Positions 39,411-51,692 of a DNA stretch of 64,000 bases are shown here, piece after piece. This DNA comes from Epiperipatus broadwayi (Eukaryota > Animalia > Onychophora), in the NCBI GenBank assembly GCA_028023455.1, contig JAQFVV010000009.1, positions 11,098,001 through 11,162,000 of the forward strand, written 5' to 3'. The notes under the pieces are model-generated. The model saw nothing but the letters and a program-made list of their open reading frames with translations. It was not told the origin of the DNA and searched no databases. The position numbers were made by a program, and so were the translations under genes. Position 1 is the stretch's first letter; each line of letters opens with the position of its first letter.

Positions 39411-41599
39411 GTATAACTAATTTAGAAAATTACTTACTTAGCTACATCATTTTTATTTTTTTAATTGTAATTTAATTCTGTTTTATAGATTTAATTTTTT
39501 CAATTTTTTAAATGTTAAGCCTATTATTATGCATTGTTATTATGTATATTAACATTAATCTATAACTGTTTTTGCTAGAATGTCATCACACTTTCAAAAC
39601 TTACATGCATAATTATAACATTATACTTCATGAATAACTTATATTTACATTGAAGGGTTTTGACATTGTTGAATAAACATTTTAGTGCCCTATAATACTG
39701 AAATTGATATCTGAGCACTTTTTCACTATTATATATTCTGAAATTTCACTCAACAGAGGATATATATCTGTTATATAATTAATATAATATCACATTTGAA
39801 AATTAATTATTGAAAATCATTAATGTATTTATGTTTTTTATTAAACATTAGTGAGTTTTAACTTCACTAATAGCCAATTTTGAAATCATTATCATTTATC
39901 CTTTAAAGCCTAGGTCTACACATCATCTCAATCATCTTCTTTAAATCTATCTACCATTTTCTTTGCTGTTTTAATATTCATAATCTCTTTCTTTCTTGGT
40001 CATTTATTCATTGCTCTTTTATTCCTTCTGCCCTCCACAGTCAATCATATTCTTAATATTCCTCTTTCTTAAATTTACAAACAATTCTGTCATTTCTTTT
40101 ATTAATTTTCTCACTAAGAACTTCTTTTATTCATTTTTTTCAGTTATATCTACATTTCTAATATTTTATTCAAACCTATCTTTGCTACTTATTTCCAAAT
40201 CCTATTTCTAAAGCCATCAATCTTTTTTAGGTTTCTAATTTTCCAAATCTTTTAACCATTCATCTAAAAAAACTCTTTCTTAATTTTAATTTCAAAGAGA
40301 TATGGCTATCATTTTTAAAAACCTGATTAGTATTGAAATTTGTATTACTTCTATTGCTAGTTTTTCAAATATTTAAAAGCATTAACCTATTGTGTAATTT
40401 TATGTCAAATTATTACTTTCATTTATGTTCTCTTCATCTCTATTTTCACTGGTTTAGTTTTAATTGCATTTATTCTTTTCTTAAATGTTGTACAAATTGC
40501 ATTGATTCTACTTATTATTTTATTTTTTTATCATCATTATTAGAAAGTATTGCAATATGAATAGAAAATATACTACACTCAATTTTTTTTTTTTTTGCAA
40601 TGCTATCCATTTTTATCCAAATTAACGACTCATCAAAAATTTTGTTGATATTTATATTTTCATGTCTTAGATCATTTTTGTATTATATTTATTGTTTGTA
40701 AAAGGACTATTTAATTGGAAAAATACTTTCTAATCCAAATGCATATGTTTTAATAACTATTTTTTCTTTTCAATGTTTGCATTCTTATTTTAGAATAACC
40801 AACAAAATAATTCACTTTATTTTATGAAAAGCTTTTTCAAGATTAATTTAAAAATATATATATCTTTTTCTCTTTTTTTTAATGCTATTAAAAAATTAAT
40901 TTCACAATTTTAATTTGTTTTTTACATTGTTAAATGTGAACTGTTCTTCAGGTTCAAAAACCGTCAAACTAATTAAGAATGCATGCATTGAAGACTGCAA
41001 CAATATCTTAACAGCTTTTTTAAAATTAAAGTCACACTTTTTACATTCATTCATTTGACTTAGGGTTTCTGCATATGGAATAATAATTATTAAAAAAATA
41101 ATATCAACAACAATCAGTTATCTTTCTGAATTAAGGAACATAAATTAAGTTTTTAATATTTCTTTCCTCATAGCTATTCTTAATTATCCATCTGAATTTT
41201 ACCAATTTTTTATGGTTTGCTCAATTTCATCTTGACTATAGCTTTAATTACTAAACTTTTTTTCCAAATTCATATAAGTAAGAGTAAATTATTATCTTTA
41301 TTATGCAGATGGGTTGAAGTAATGTAGATTTTTACTTTTTTTGCATCCTTCTTGTTAATATTCTACCATTGTTTTTTTAATTACTGTTTTCTCTTATGTT
41401 TTTTTTTTCTATTTTATTTAATTCTACAGTTTTTTTGCCTATATTTTATTTTTATTTTATTTACTTATTCTATGTATTAGTTTATTTTACCTTTTTTGAC
41501 TATTATTGTGTAGTCAATTTTTACTTAATTTCTATTAAGTTTCACACATTCAAACACACACACACATATATGTACATATCTTCATCAATATGCTTATTC

Positions 41600-43150
41600 T
41601 TTTTTTGTTAATCATTTCTTTAAGAAACTCCGATTTCTTTGCTCTTTTATTTATTCATAAGTTTGAAAAAAAGTATTTGAATTTATTTTGACATTTGGCC
41701 TTCTGTTATTTGTATATATTTTCTTAATCAACAAATTCAAAAATTTTCTCTTTAAGTTGTCTATGACATTTTTTTTCTTTTGGCTTTGTTCTTTTTTTTT
41801 TTTTTTTTTGTAAAGACAATCTTTATTCTACCTCTGTTAAATTGTGGTTTAAATATAAATCATCTCAGAATTTTCACCTATACTCCTCATACAGCTCTTA
41901 AATCCATTTTATAATGATTTATCATTCATTATCTCATGAAAGCTCATAATTTTTCTTTCCGTAGGATAGTCATTAAATTTGATTTTCTTTTCGTTTTTTT
42001 TTTTTTTTAAATATTTACTGAAATTTCTTCCAACACCTCTTTCATTAATTCTTCAAAGTATATTCCCAATCCATTTTCTCTTTCATTTTATATTTACTAT
42101 TTTACTTTTAACTAATAAGTATATATAATTAAATACTGCATTTCCCAAACATTATATTTAATTTTTCATTTATTGTTTATTTAATCAAATACTGTTAATA
42201 TATAATTTTAGTCTCTGTACTTACTATATTGCTATGATGTATATATAGGAATATAATATCTAACAAGTTTCTAAGTAAGGGTATAATCTAATACATTTCA
42301 GATGTAAACATAATAAATATATAAATATTCAATAATCTCTTCTTTTCTGTAATCTTAAATCATATAATTAGTGAAGTGAGAATGGAAGATCCTAGATAAG
42401 GGCCATAGATTGGAGTATAGTCTCTATTTCTTCTGGTACTTGAATTTCATGTAAACTTTTGAGCAATAAACCATTTGATATAATTACTATTATAACATTA
42501 TTTTTTCTACAAAATTGTATCTCCAATTTTTTACTTATTCATTTTTACTTTAACTCTAACCCAAAATCTTCCACAATTTTACCATTTCTTTCCTTGTATA
42601 TCATAGTATTTCAATCCTTCTATTGTCATTATTAAATTTATTTGTATTTTTTCTTCTATATTTTAATTTTTCATACATGATTTCTATCATTTCATCATTA
42701 TGATTATGTTCTGAATACAGTAATATTGCACAGATTTCTAAAGACTATTTTTACTTTAACTACTGCTAATCATCTATCATTTATTAAATTCCCATTGTTA
42801 AAAATTTTGTTTTTTGTCATAAAATAATATTATCCCCAAAATATCTAAAAAATTAAAGTATATTATTTCAGATAATCTTTTAGTATTATAATTTTCATTA
42901 TGAGATTTTCAGTTACTATTAGGTAATAATTATGATAATCATTTTTAGTTGGTTTCTCAAAAGACCTTATCACATTCAAGCACCACAATAATGAGCTGAG
43001 AAAACAGTTCTTTTCAATTGAGCAGATATTTTTTGTTTACTTTTGGGAGTTGTTTCATTAATATTAACACTTGAATCTATCTCTATAGTAAACCGAATAA
43101 GACAACCATTTTTACTTTGAAAATATTTTTTTAAAAACAATTAAATTATC
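41600..43150 (-). mobile_element. Decayed RTE-type AP-endonuclease region
   Basis: Minus-strand peptide islands (INDR.LAVVKVK, IVEDFGL...KNE) resemble RTE endonuclease motifs. The region is heavily interrupted and the boundaries are approximate. Confidence 0.4.
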
Positions 43151-43457
43151 TCATAAAACTATAAAAAGCATACAGTTATAAAGTTGTTGTTTTTTTGAGA
43201 TGATTTAATTCTTGATATTTACTACCCTTATTTAATAGAAAAAAAAGTGAAGGATATCTGTTATTATATCTGAAATTATTAACTCAACATTTTATAATTT
43301 TTCAACTAATCTTATCCCATGTATTTCTGGAATCTCTATCTTTTTTTATTTAATTTATAACAACTGTATTATAATCAGCAATTTTTTCTATTTTATTTCA
43401 GAGTCATTTATTATAAACTTTAGTTGTCAGTGATTACTAGATGTCAGTACACATCTA

Positions 43458-43547
43458 AATTCCCAGACTACTTTCAGTCCATTGGCTTTCATCACTTCTA
43501 ATGGGGTTTATTGATGAAAACCATTGGCTGAAATTAATGTGGAAATT
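43458..43547. ncRNA. Divergent inverted pair of decayed family-A hammerhead motifs
   Basis: Minus strand: GUGAUGA AAGCCAAUGGACU GAAA GUAG UC UGGGAA. Plus strand: UUGAUGA AAACCAUUGGCU GAAA UUAA UG UGGAAA. C3 is mutated in both, so they are probably inactive. Confidence 0.55.
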
Positions 43548-43894
43548 AAGCATTATTATCTATATCCATATATGTCTCTGGGTTAAAGTAAATACATTGA
43601 AAATTATTGTTGATGCAGATGTTGAAAGTATGCAGACAATGTTATCAATACTTTATTTGATATCATTTCTTTTTGATTTATTTATAGTCATATTCTAAGT
43701 TTTTATTAATATGCAGTTTTTTTTTTAAATTTTAATGACTTCACTCATGTAGTCATGACTAGGCTCATGTGAAAAATCCACATCTTCACATGATCTCTAG
43801 TTATAAATTTTAAGCAATAAATCTATTTCTTATACTGAAGTTCAACCAGATGCCAATGCTTAACAAATTACTATTTAGTGTTGTTCTATTTATA

Positions 43895-43936
43895 TCTCCA
43901 GACTATTTTCTAGCTTATAGCCTTCATCAATGAGGA
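43895..43936 (-). ncRNA. Family-A hammerhead motif with C3-to-U change
   Basis: UCCUCA UUGAUGA AG GCU AUA AGC UA GAAA AUAG UC UGGAGA. The 3' flank (TAGAACAAC...ATTTGTTAAGCATT..CATCTGG) is homologous to the 62.5-62.8 kb copies. Confidence 0.6.
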
Positions 43937-44310
43937 ATTATGAATATGAATCAAGAGCACCTGCATTTTTTGATCTAATATAACCTTTTTCTCCAGTAGT
44001 CATCTTTTATTATTTTTTAATTATTATATTGTCAGCTTAAAATTCAATAACATTTTAATATTTTGAATTCAAGGCCTATGTTGTGATGTCCTCAACTTTT
44101 TAATAGTTATTGATACCTATATTTCTTGGCCAGGATTGTTATAAAACCCACAAAACATCACATGACCTCTGCCTACACATTACTTTCCTTCTACTTCAGA
44201 TCTTCATCCTTTTGTAAGCTTAAGCAATTAATAGATGTCAGAGTGGTAATACTTAATAAATCCAAAAAATGCAAATGCACTTCCAGTTATTTAAGATTCA
44301 AATTCAAGAT

Positions 44311-44351
44311 TCCTCACTAATGAAAACTTCAAATTAAAATTAGTCTAGGAA
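44311..44351 (+). ncRNA. Decayed family-A hammerhead motif
   Basis: UCCUCA CUAAUGA AAACUUCAAAUU AAAA UUAG UC UAGGAA. Flank identity (GGATAGAGATTTTATTAAGTACTATTATCTG) assigns it to the family, but the core is mutated. Confidence 0.5.
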
Positions 44352-44713
44352 AATAGATATGACTTCACTGGATAGAGATTTTATTAAGTACTATTATCTG
44401 TCATCTATCAATTACTCAAGCTTACAAAAAGTGGTAGAACAGTAAGTAATAAGTGAAATAGATTTGTTATTTAATAGGAAGAGATTATGTGATGCTTTGT
44501 GAATTTTATAACAATTCTGCCAAGAAATATAGATATCTATAATTATTAAAACACTGACATCACGTAGTATCAGATATACATAACTATGCAAGCAAATTGG
44601 CTTGGATTCAAAACATTAAGATGTTCTGAATTTTTGTTGACAGTTTGTTAATTAAAAAATAGTAAAAGTTAGCTTTTGAAGCCTTAGATCCAATACATTA
44701 CATCCAGATTTAA

Positions 44714-44758
44714 ATACTTAACTGATGAAAGCTATAATCTAGAAACTAGTCTAGGTAT
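44714..44758 (+). ncRNA. Family-A hammerhead motif with intact core, sense to Cav1
   Basis: AUACUUA[A] CUGAUGA(44722-44728) AAGCUAUAAUCUA GAAA CUAG UC UAGGUAU. Stem I gives 7 bp with one bulged A, and stem II is weakened. Confidence 0.65.
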
Positions 44759-45099
44759 GTGAATATAATAATACTAAATATCCAATTTATTAACCACTAC
44801 CATTTTCCATATATTAATTATTCAAGCTTCCACAAAATATTAGAACAAAGAAGAAATATAGTTGTTACTAGATTGATGAACTCAATCCTGAAAAGTGTCT
44901 TTATCATTAGTCTAGTTTTATTCACCTTCATTTAGTTATTGGTATTTATGTGCTAACCCTATCCATTAAGATATGTGAAAATAATTTTAAAACCTTGGAA
45001 ATTATTACTAATGGTCTATGGCTGGTTAATAAACTAAAGCTTTTTTTTTATCTAATATTTAGGTTTCACATCCTTTTATTCATATGGACTTTTATTGTC

Positions 45100-46250
45100 A
45101 TCTACAATTTTTTTTAAATTTTTTTTTTTTAAATTAGGCCTTATATATTTTTCTTATCTCCTGTTATTTCAACTACCATCCCATCCAATTGTTTTGCCTT
45201 TTGTTATTCCAGTCTGTCTATTGCTTTGTTTGATTATTTAATCTGTACTCTATCCATCTTCTCAATAATTAAGCTCTCTAATAAATCATATTCATTTATC
45301 AATTTTCTTTTCCCAAAGTGTTTATTACAATAGCATTATTTTTTTAAGATCTCCTTTATCTTCACATTCTCTTCTTTCTATATTTAATAATATAACATTT
45401 AAGTTTTTCTTCTTTATATATCTCTTAAAGTTTTTACATTCCTTCTTTTCTAAAATGTTAATCTTCCATTAATTTCTTATTAAGTTCATATCTATTTCTA
45501 TCTCAATTCTTTTTTCTTTAAGTAACTCCATTTACTTTTTCTCTTCTTTCATTTCCTTCTTAATAACTTCTTTATAATTTTTATATGTCTTCCTTTTTTT
45601 TTACATTTCCTAAAGTTTTTTCCCTATATTTTCTCTTATTTATCTTGTTGGTTCTAAATAGCTTTCTTTGCCATATTTATCCATTTCTTATAAATTTTAA
45701 AATCATCTTCTTTCATTTCTAAGATAGTACCAAATATACTCAAATTAATCTAATTGCTTATTTCCCATTTATTCCTTTCAATCTTCTTATATGCTTCATC
45801 ACTAAACTCTATATCCTATCACCTACAATCAATATTTTGTAATTATTATTTATAAACTCATTTATAACCATATGTACACATTATCAAGTACTTCACTCCA
45901 CTTTTCACATTCTCCCCATTTTCAATGGCTACATATACTGTATCACACATTCCTTTCTTCCTACTCACTTTCAATCTAGACTATATATAATGTTTATTTT
46001 CAATTTTTTTATAATTATATCATTTTCTCTTCTTTCTTATCCTCATCTAGTCATCTCCTCCTATTCATATTTTTAAAAAAATACAATTCTTCTTCATATC
46101 TTATGTGTATCTCTTCCAGTTTCTTATAAAAACATCCAATTCTCTCATTTATTCACATCTCTGCATCCTTGCATATTTGTAGAACTACATTTTATATTAT
46201 CACTCTTGGTCTGTTTTTTTAAACATTCTTTTTTATAATTGTTTCCAATT
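45100..46250 (-). mobile_element. Decayed non-LTR retrotransposon endonuclease region (tentative)
   Basis: Minus-strand islands YLIMCTY and KILIVGD resemble the AP-endonuclease I..Y and I.GDFN motifs. The minus strand is purine-rich with many stops. Confidence 0.35.
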
Positions 46251-47269
46251 ATTCTCCGTGGAAAATTCTTATTTAAATTTTTACAACCTCCATTATTTTA
46301 GTTTTAACTACATTGCAATGCTATTAAATGTCCATTTTTATTAATTTATTACACAAATAAATTTGTATGAAATTAAATATCACTTGCTACTTATTGCTAT
46401 GTCAATATAAGAAGCAAAATCAAGGATAATGTGTTCTCTTAATTGGCCAATATGTGATCATGAAAGGTAATGATAAAAGCTTTTTTTGGCTCAGTGGAAA
46501 TTTATAATTTAAATTAATAGTAACAAACAATATATATGTATAGTACATGGATATATTTATTTGTATAAGTAAATGGTTTTTATTACCCAGTTACTATTGC
46601 TGAACTATAAATATTTAAACATTTTGAACTGTTCTACTATCTCTCAAAGAGCTTTATCATTAGTGTTTTTTCCTCTTACACTCATAATGTGGCTTTATAT
46701 ATGAGTGGAGCTTGGCATTTTATCAGATAGTTAAAGATTTTCAATTTTTTTTTTAGATTTTTAAAGCAGTAAGCCCACATTCAACCTAACTGGCTATCCA
46801 ATATTTTATAAATAAATATTTATAGAAATGATTTTGGAAAACTAGTTATGTAAATGTGTATTGAAGGGCTTATAATAAAGTAAATAGGATTGCTATTTAT
46901 AGTGCATTATTTCCCATTAATGGAGAACTTTCATATCTTATGGACACTAATCCCATGCTTAGTTTATAATTATTGTTTAATATTAAAGATGATTTTTCAT
47001 TTCAGTTGCATGAAATTTCTTTCATTTTAAGACTCTAGTGCTTTTTTACTTTATGTTTTATAATTTTTAAATTTATAAACTAAGAGCACACAAGCTTTAT
47101 TGGTTCTATTATCTAGATCATTTCTAGGTTTTTGCCATACAGACATTTTTTACAATGGCATATTCTTTTCTTCTAAAAGTATCTGCCATGTAATCAAATA
47201 TATTTGTTATAGGGTTTTGCTAATAATTGAATATTCATGCTCACTATTATTTGGATAAAATAATACCAA

Positions 47270-47290
47270 AATAATAATAATAGTAGTAAC

Positions 47291-47339
<49 letters not shown>

Positions 47340-47342
47340 ATG

Positions 47343-47375
<33 letters not shown>

Positions 47376-47406
47376 ATAGTAGTAGTAGTAGTAGTAGTAG
47401 TAGTAA
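47270..47406. repeat. (TAG)n/(TAA)n trinucleotide microsatellite
   Basis: About 135 bp of TAG repeats with a few interruptions. It explains the poly-L and poly-Y ORFs 47194-47409 and 47247-47486. Confidence 0.97.
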
Positions 47407-48334
47407 CATTTACAAACCTTTTGAATGAAATTTATCTCTCTCTTTTTTTTTATTTGATCAAAGAATAAAAATTTTATTGGAATCAAATAGTTTGGTAAAA
47501 TAAAAGTTTTTATTTATTTGAATTATTAATTACATTTGATAATATGTATATTAAAATACACATTTAAAAATGTAATAAATATACCTTTCTTTAAGATTCA
47601 GTAAATACTTCAACTTTTTATATAAAGATGCATTGTAGGCATGTACTATTACTTTTTGTACATGTGTAAATATAAATATATGTGAATGTATTACTAAAAT
47701 TTGCCATTAACCCATACTTTGCTGTGCTATAATTGATATAGTTTATATATATATATATATATATGTTGTTATTACATTTTATAACACCTTTTAGCAAATT
47801 TTCTAAACTTCTTAAACTGCAAAATTTATAAATGGAAGAAAAAATAGATGTTAGAAAAGAAGTAATTAAAATTATTTAGGAAAAAAATTGGTCCTAAACT
47901 TTATAAAGATTGGTTCAATCAAGAAGATTAGTATATTTATTCAAAGTTTTGATCAAAAGTATATAACTTGAATTTAAATCAAACAAAATAACAATAAACA
48001 TAGTTTTTTTAATAGTATATATATATTGTGAAAATTGAGTACTGTTATCGTCATTTAGTTCAAAAATATTTCTAATTCACTATTTTGTGTTTTCATATGT
48101 ATTAAACTTAAATAATGTTAACTTTTATTATTTATGTTTATAAATAGTAAAAGATAACATTATTTATGTTTATATAAGCTGATGGTCCTGGAATAGAGAA
48201 CTGCTTTTGTTTTACTATAATTGTGTCGTTATTACTATTTGTTCTAATAATGTCGTTAGTTGTTATTATTAGAATTAATGTATTCATAATGTTCACTTTA
48301 CTTATTAATTCTGCATTGTGTTTTTTTTTTTCAG

Positions 48335-48560
48335 AAATTACCAATATGTTTTTTGTTGTCCTTTTTACTTTGGAGATGTTTTTAAAGATGTACAGTTTAG
48401 GTTTTCAAGGTTATTTTGTATCATTATTCAATCGTTTTGACTGTTTTGTTGTTATCAGTAGTATTCTGGAAGTTGTTCTTATTAATACAGAAGTCATGCC
48501 TCCACTGGGTGTGAGCGTATTACGTGCTGCTCGCCTTTTGCGAGTGTTTAAAGCTACCAG
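48335..48560 (+). CDS. Ca-alpha1D: Cav1 alpha-1 exon, IIS2-IIS4 ([76 protein letters not shown])
   Basis: Lies within ORF 48223-48564. Acceptor ttttttcag and donor GTAGGA, 226 nt. [14 protein letters not shown] is Cav1-type rather than Cav2-type, and the S4 RxxRxxRxxK pattern is present. Confidence 0.97.
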
Positions 48561-48899
48561 GTAGGATTTTTCTTTAACTTCTTTACTTTTATCATTTTAT
48601 ATTAACATGTTTTATATATTAAAAAAATTAATTTCTATATGTATAATAAATGATTGTCATAAAAGAGATTTATTGTCTTACTTTTTTTTTTTTTAGATAA
48701 TAATGTTAAGAAAATAGTTGCTTGTTGTAAATTATCATTTGTCTTTTTTTTTTTTTCAGCTAAAAAAATTTTTGAGTTGTCTGTTTATTTAATTTATTAT
48801 AAAGCTATTACTTTTTAGAAAGGAATTTATTATACTATATTTACAATGATTAAACAGTTTTGCTTTGACTCTTAATGTTTCAACCAATTATAACATTTA

Positions 48900-50380
48900 T
48901 ATTGGTTATACCGTTTTGGCCTTGTAAAAAGTTTATGCCTTATAGATTAGGCATTTTGGTACTGTGGGTTTGGCTGTTGGTTTTGTAGTTTTATGATTGG
49001 TTTGTAATATTATGTTTATTTGCACTCGTATGGCCAGATTTATCAAGTTCTGGTTTATGTATTGTGTTGACTCATTGGTGTGATTTAGACATGTCGAGTA
49101 GATTCCATGTCTCTTCTATTATGCGGTGTGGGCCAATGGCTTCATCTCATTGTTTAATTTTCAAAAGCATGTTAATGTATGTTTGTTTAGCATTGGGAGT
49201 TGGCTGTTCCATACTCAGCTTACAGTATGTCATCCAGAACGCGTAGGAGAGGAAAATGGAGAGCAGTATCCAAATGAATGTATTGGTCGTGATGCACCTT
49301 TGGTTAGAGGTTATCATCTGATGGTCTACTTTGCAACTGTAATGTATCCATTCTCTTATGCTTTTGTATTTTGGACATCTGTGTATAATGTGGTCTATCA
49401 TGTCATTTTCTCTCTTACAGTGTTGACATATTGGATCAATGCTGCTATATCCTCTTTTGAAAGCCAGGAATCAACTTGTGGTTAAAGTGTCCATGTTTAG
49501 TTTGATGATGAAGTCAGGAAATTTTGCTTCTAGACTCCATCTTCTGAATTTTGTTATGAGGTTTTTATTTGTTACATTAAGTTTACTGCTTGGTGATTGT
49601 GTCTACAGTTATAAAATATTGTAGGCATCCCAGTATTTGATTTTGTTTGTAGTCTGTGCATATTGTGATGTTGTTTGATTAGGTTGTCTAGTGTTGTGAT
49701 CCAGTCAGGCTTGAATTGGTCTGTCTGTGGGCTGGACAATTTTTTTAACCTCTTTGTATCCAATATCTTAGTTATGTTTACTGAATAGGTTATAGCTTTT
49801 CTGGAAGAATATCATGCTTACTGAATGGAGTGATAATCCATTGAGCTGACTGATGTGGATGCTGCATTCCTGCTATGCAAATGGCAATTGATTTCTGATT
49901 CCAGAATAACCCGGATACAAAGCGAATTGATCTTTCTTTCAAATTTTTTCATTGGGTTGATAATTGGAATATAATATCTAATCTTAGGGAATAGAATCAT
50001 GTTTAATAGTGTTGCCTTGAGCGTGTAGTGATAAGTATATTTTTGATAGTGATTGAGTCAGTTTACTTGCTGATTCTATGATGTTATTTTGTACTTCCCT
50101 TGCAATTATTGCAAGTGCTTTATGAAAAGGAAGACCAAAGAAGTTTTGGGGCTCCCCAAAGAACTGTGTGGTTATTTTTTTTCCAGTGGCTATTTTCCAG
50201 GCTGATGACTTTTTAGTAGGTTAAATTTCAGTTTATATTTAGATGCAACCTTTATCAAATAACTTTCCCCTGCTTTAGTACTGATAATTTCTTTCTATCT
50301 ATATGAAATCAATTTTAGTGATATACTCTATTGAAATTTTTTTAGAATTTTATTAGTTCCTTTACCCCATAGGTGCATGG
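48900..50380 (-). mobile_element. Degraded L1/Tx1-like non-LTR retrotransposon (RT C-terminal half plus CCHC zinc finger)
   Basis: Minus-strand frames give KYKLKFNLLKS, PQNFFGLPF, TLLNMILFPKIRY, CQHCKRENDMIDHIIHRCP (C-x2-C-x7-H-x4-C), and YAFWMTYCK...IIEETW, similar to the C-terminus at 14660-14965. Confidence 0.65.
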
Positions 50381-51261
50381 GTCTTTTTCCCTGATTACCC
50401 GATAAAAGGGAATAAAAATATTGCATTTATAAATAATCTTTTATTATTTATCAAATCATTCATAATTCTAGATCATCTTTTTTCATAGAGGAGTTTTTAA
50501 TTTGCAAACAATTATACAAACCAATTAATGGGGGGGGGGGGTCAAAACCTTAAGGTGTTTGAGTTTTCAAACCATTGGCTTTGAAACTTAAAGTAAAAAT
50601 GTAAGCTGGACATTGAATAAAGAACAGTGCAAAACCAGTGCCTACCACCAAAAGTAAGCAATTATTTAAAAACTAGTTATATCATTTTCACTGCCATCTG
50701 GTGTCCAATAATTCTATTTATTACTTGCATTGGAGTTTGGAATTCAAAGAAAAATGTTATTAGTTGCAAACAGTTGTTTATATGGAATTTCAAAAATTGA
50801 TGAGTGAGATTAAAAGACTATATTAAAATATCTTATATATTTCACAATAATAAAAATTTAAAAAGTGAGTTATTTAATTTAGAGAAAATTGATTGAATAA
50901 GAGCAAATAAATATTGTGTCGTAATAAGAATTGGAACTTTATTATCCAAAACAAAACAAAAAAAAGATTTTGGAAAAAGAAAAAAGAAAATTTTTTGTAG
51001 AGAGTATTCATAGAAAAGAACATAATTTCAGAAATCATTAGTAGTAAATTTACTACTGAAAGACTTTAAACAATAATATATGTGTGTGTGTGTGCAAAAT
51101 AGTAATTAGTATCAAATAATTTTAGAAAGCATTCAACTAAATTTGAAGATTTAACTATATTATATCTAACAATTAAATATATTTTTGTTTCTATAATTAA
51201 AACAAAAAAAATTATCATTTTTAAATGAAAACATTTAAATATTTATTTATTTATTTTTCAG

Positions 51262-51472
51262 GTACTGGTCATCCTTAAGAAATTTGGTCGCATCTTTGTT
51301 AAACAGTATGCGGTCAATTGCCAGTTTGCTGCTTCTTCTTTTTCTTTTTATTTTAATTTTTGCTTTGCTTGGAATGCAAGTTTTTGGAGGAAAATTTAAT
51401 TTTAACCCTTTAGAAGATAAACCTCGGAGCAATTTTGATACATTTTGGCAGTCACTATTAACTGTATTCCAG
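51262..51472 (+). CDS. Ca-alpha1D: Cav1 alpha-1 exon, IIS4-S5 linker, IIS5 and start of P-loop ([70 protein letters not shown])
   Basis: Overlaps ORF 51284-51481. Acceptor ttatttttcag and donor GTAAAA, 211 nt with phase-0 exit. [13 protein letters not shown] and QSLLTVFQ are Cav1 signatures. The next expected exon (ILTGEDWN...) was not found before 64000. Confidence 0.97.
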
Positions 51473-51692
51473 GTAAAATAAATTATAGAAATATTCACTA
51501 ATTAGAAATAATATGTATATAATATTGAATAATGATTAACCTTAGGCCAACAATAGAAATTTTTAAGATCTTTCATGCAAAAAAAAACAAAAAACATTAA
51601 CAACCAAGATTCTGCTGGAAATTTGTTTCTATCATAACGAATATCATCATCAATTTTAATATAATTGATATGATAAGCAAAACTGATAAAAT

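Noticed and set aside
47194-47486. ORFs encoding poly-Leu and poly-Tyr
   Set aside because: They are translations of the (TAG)n microsatellite.
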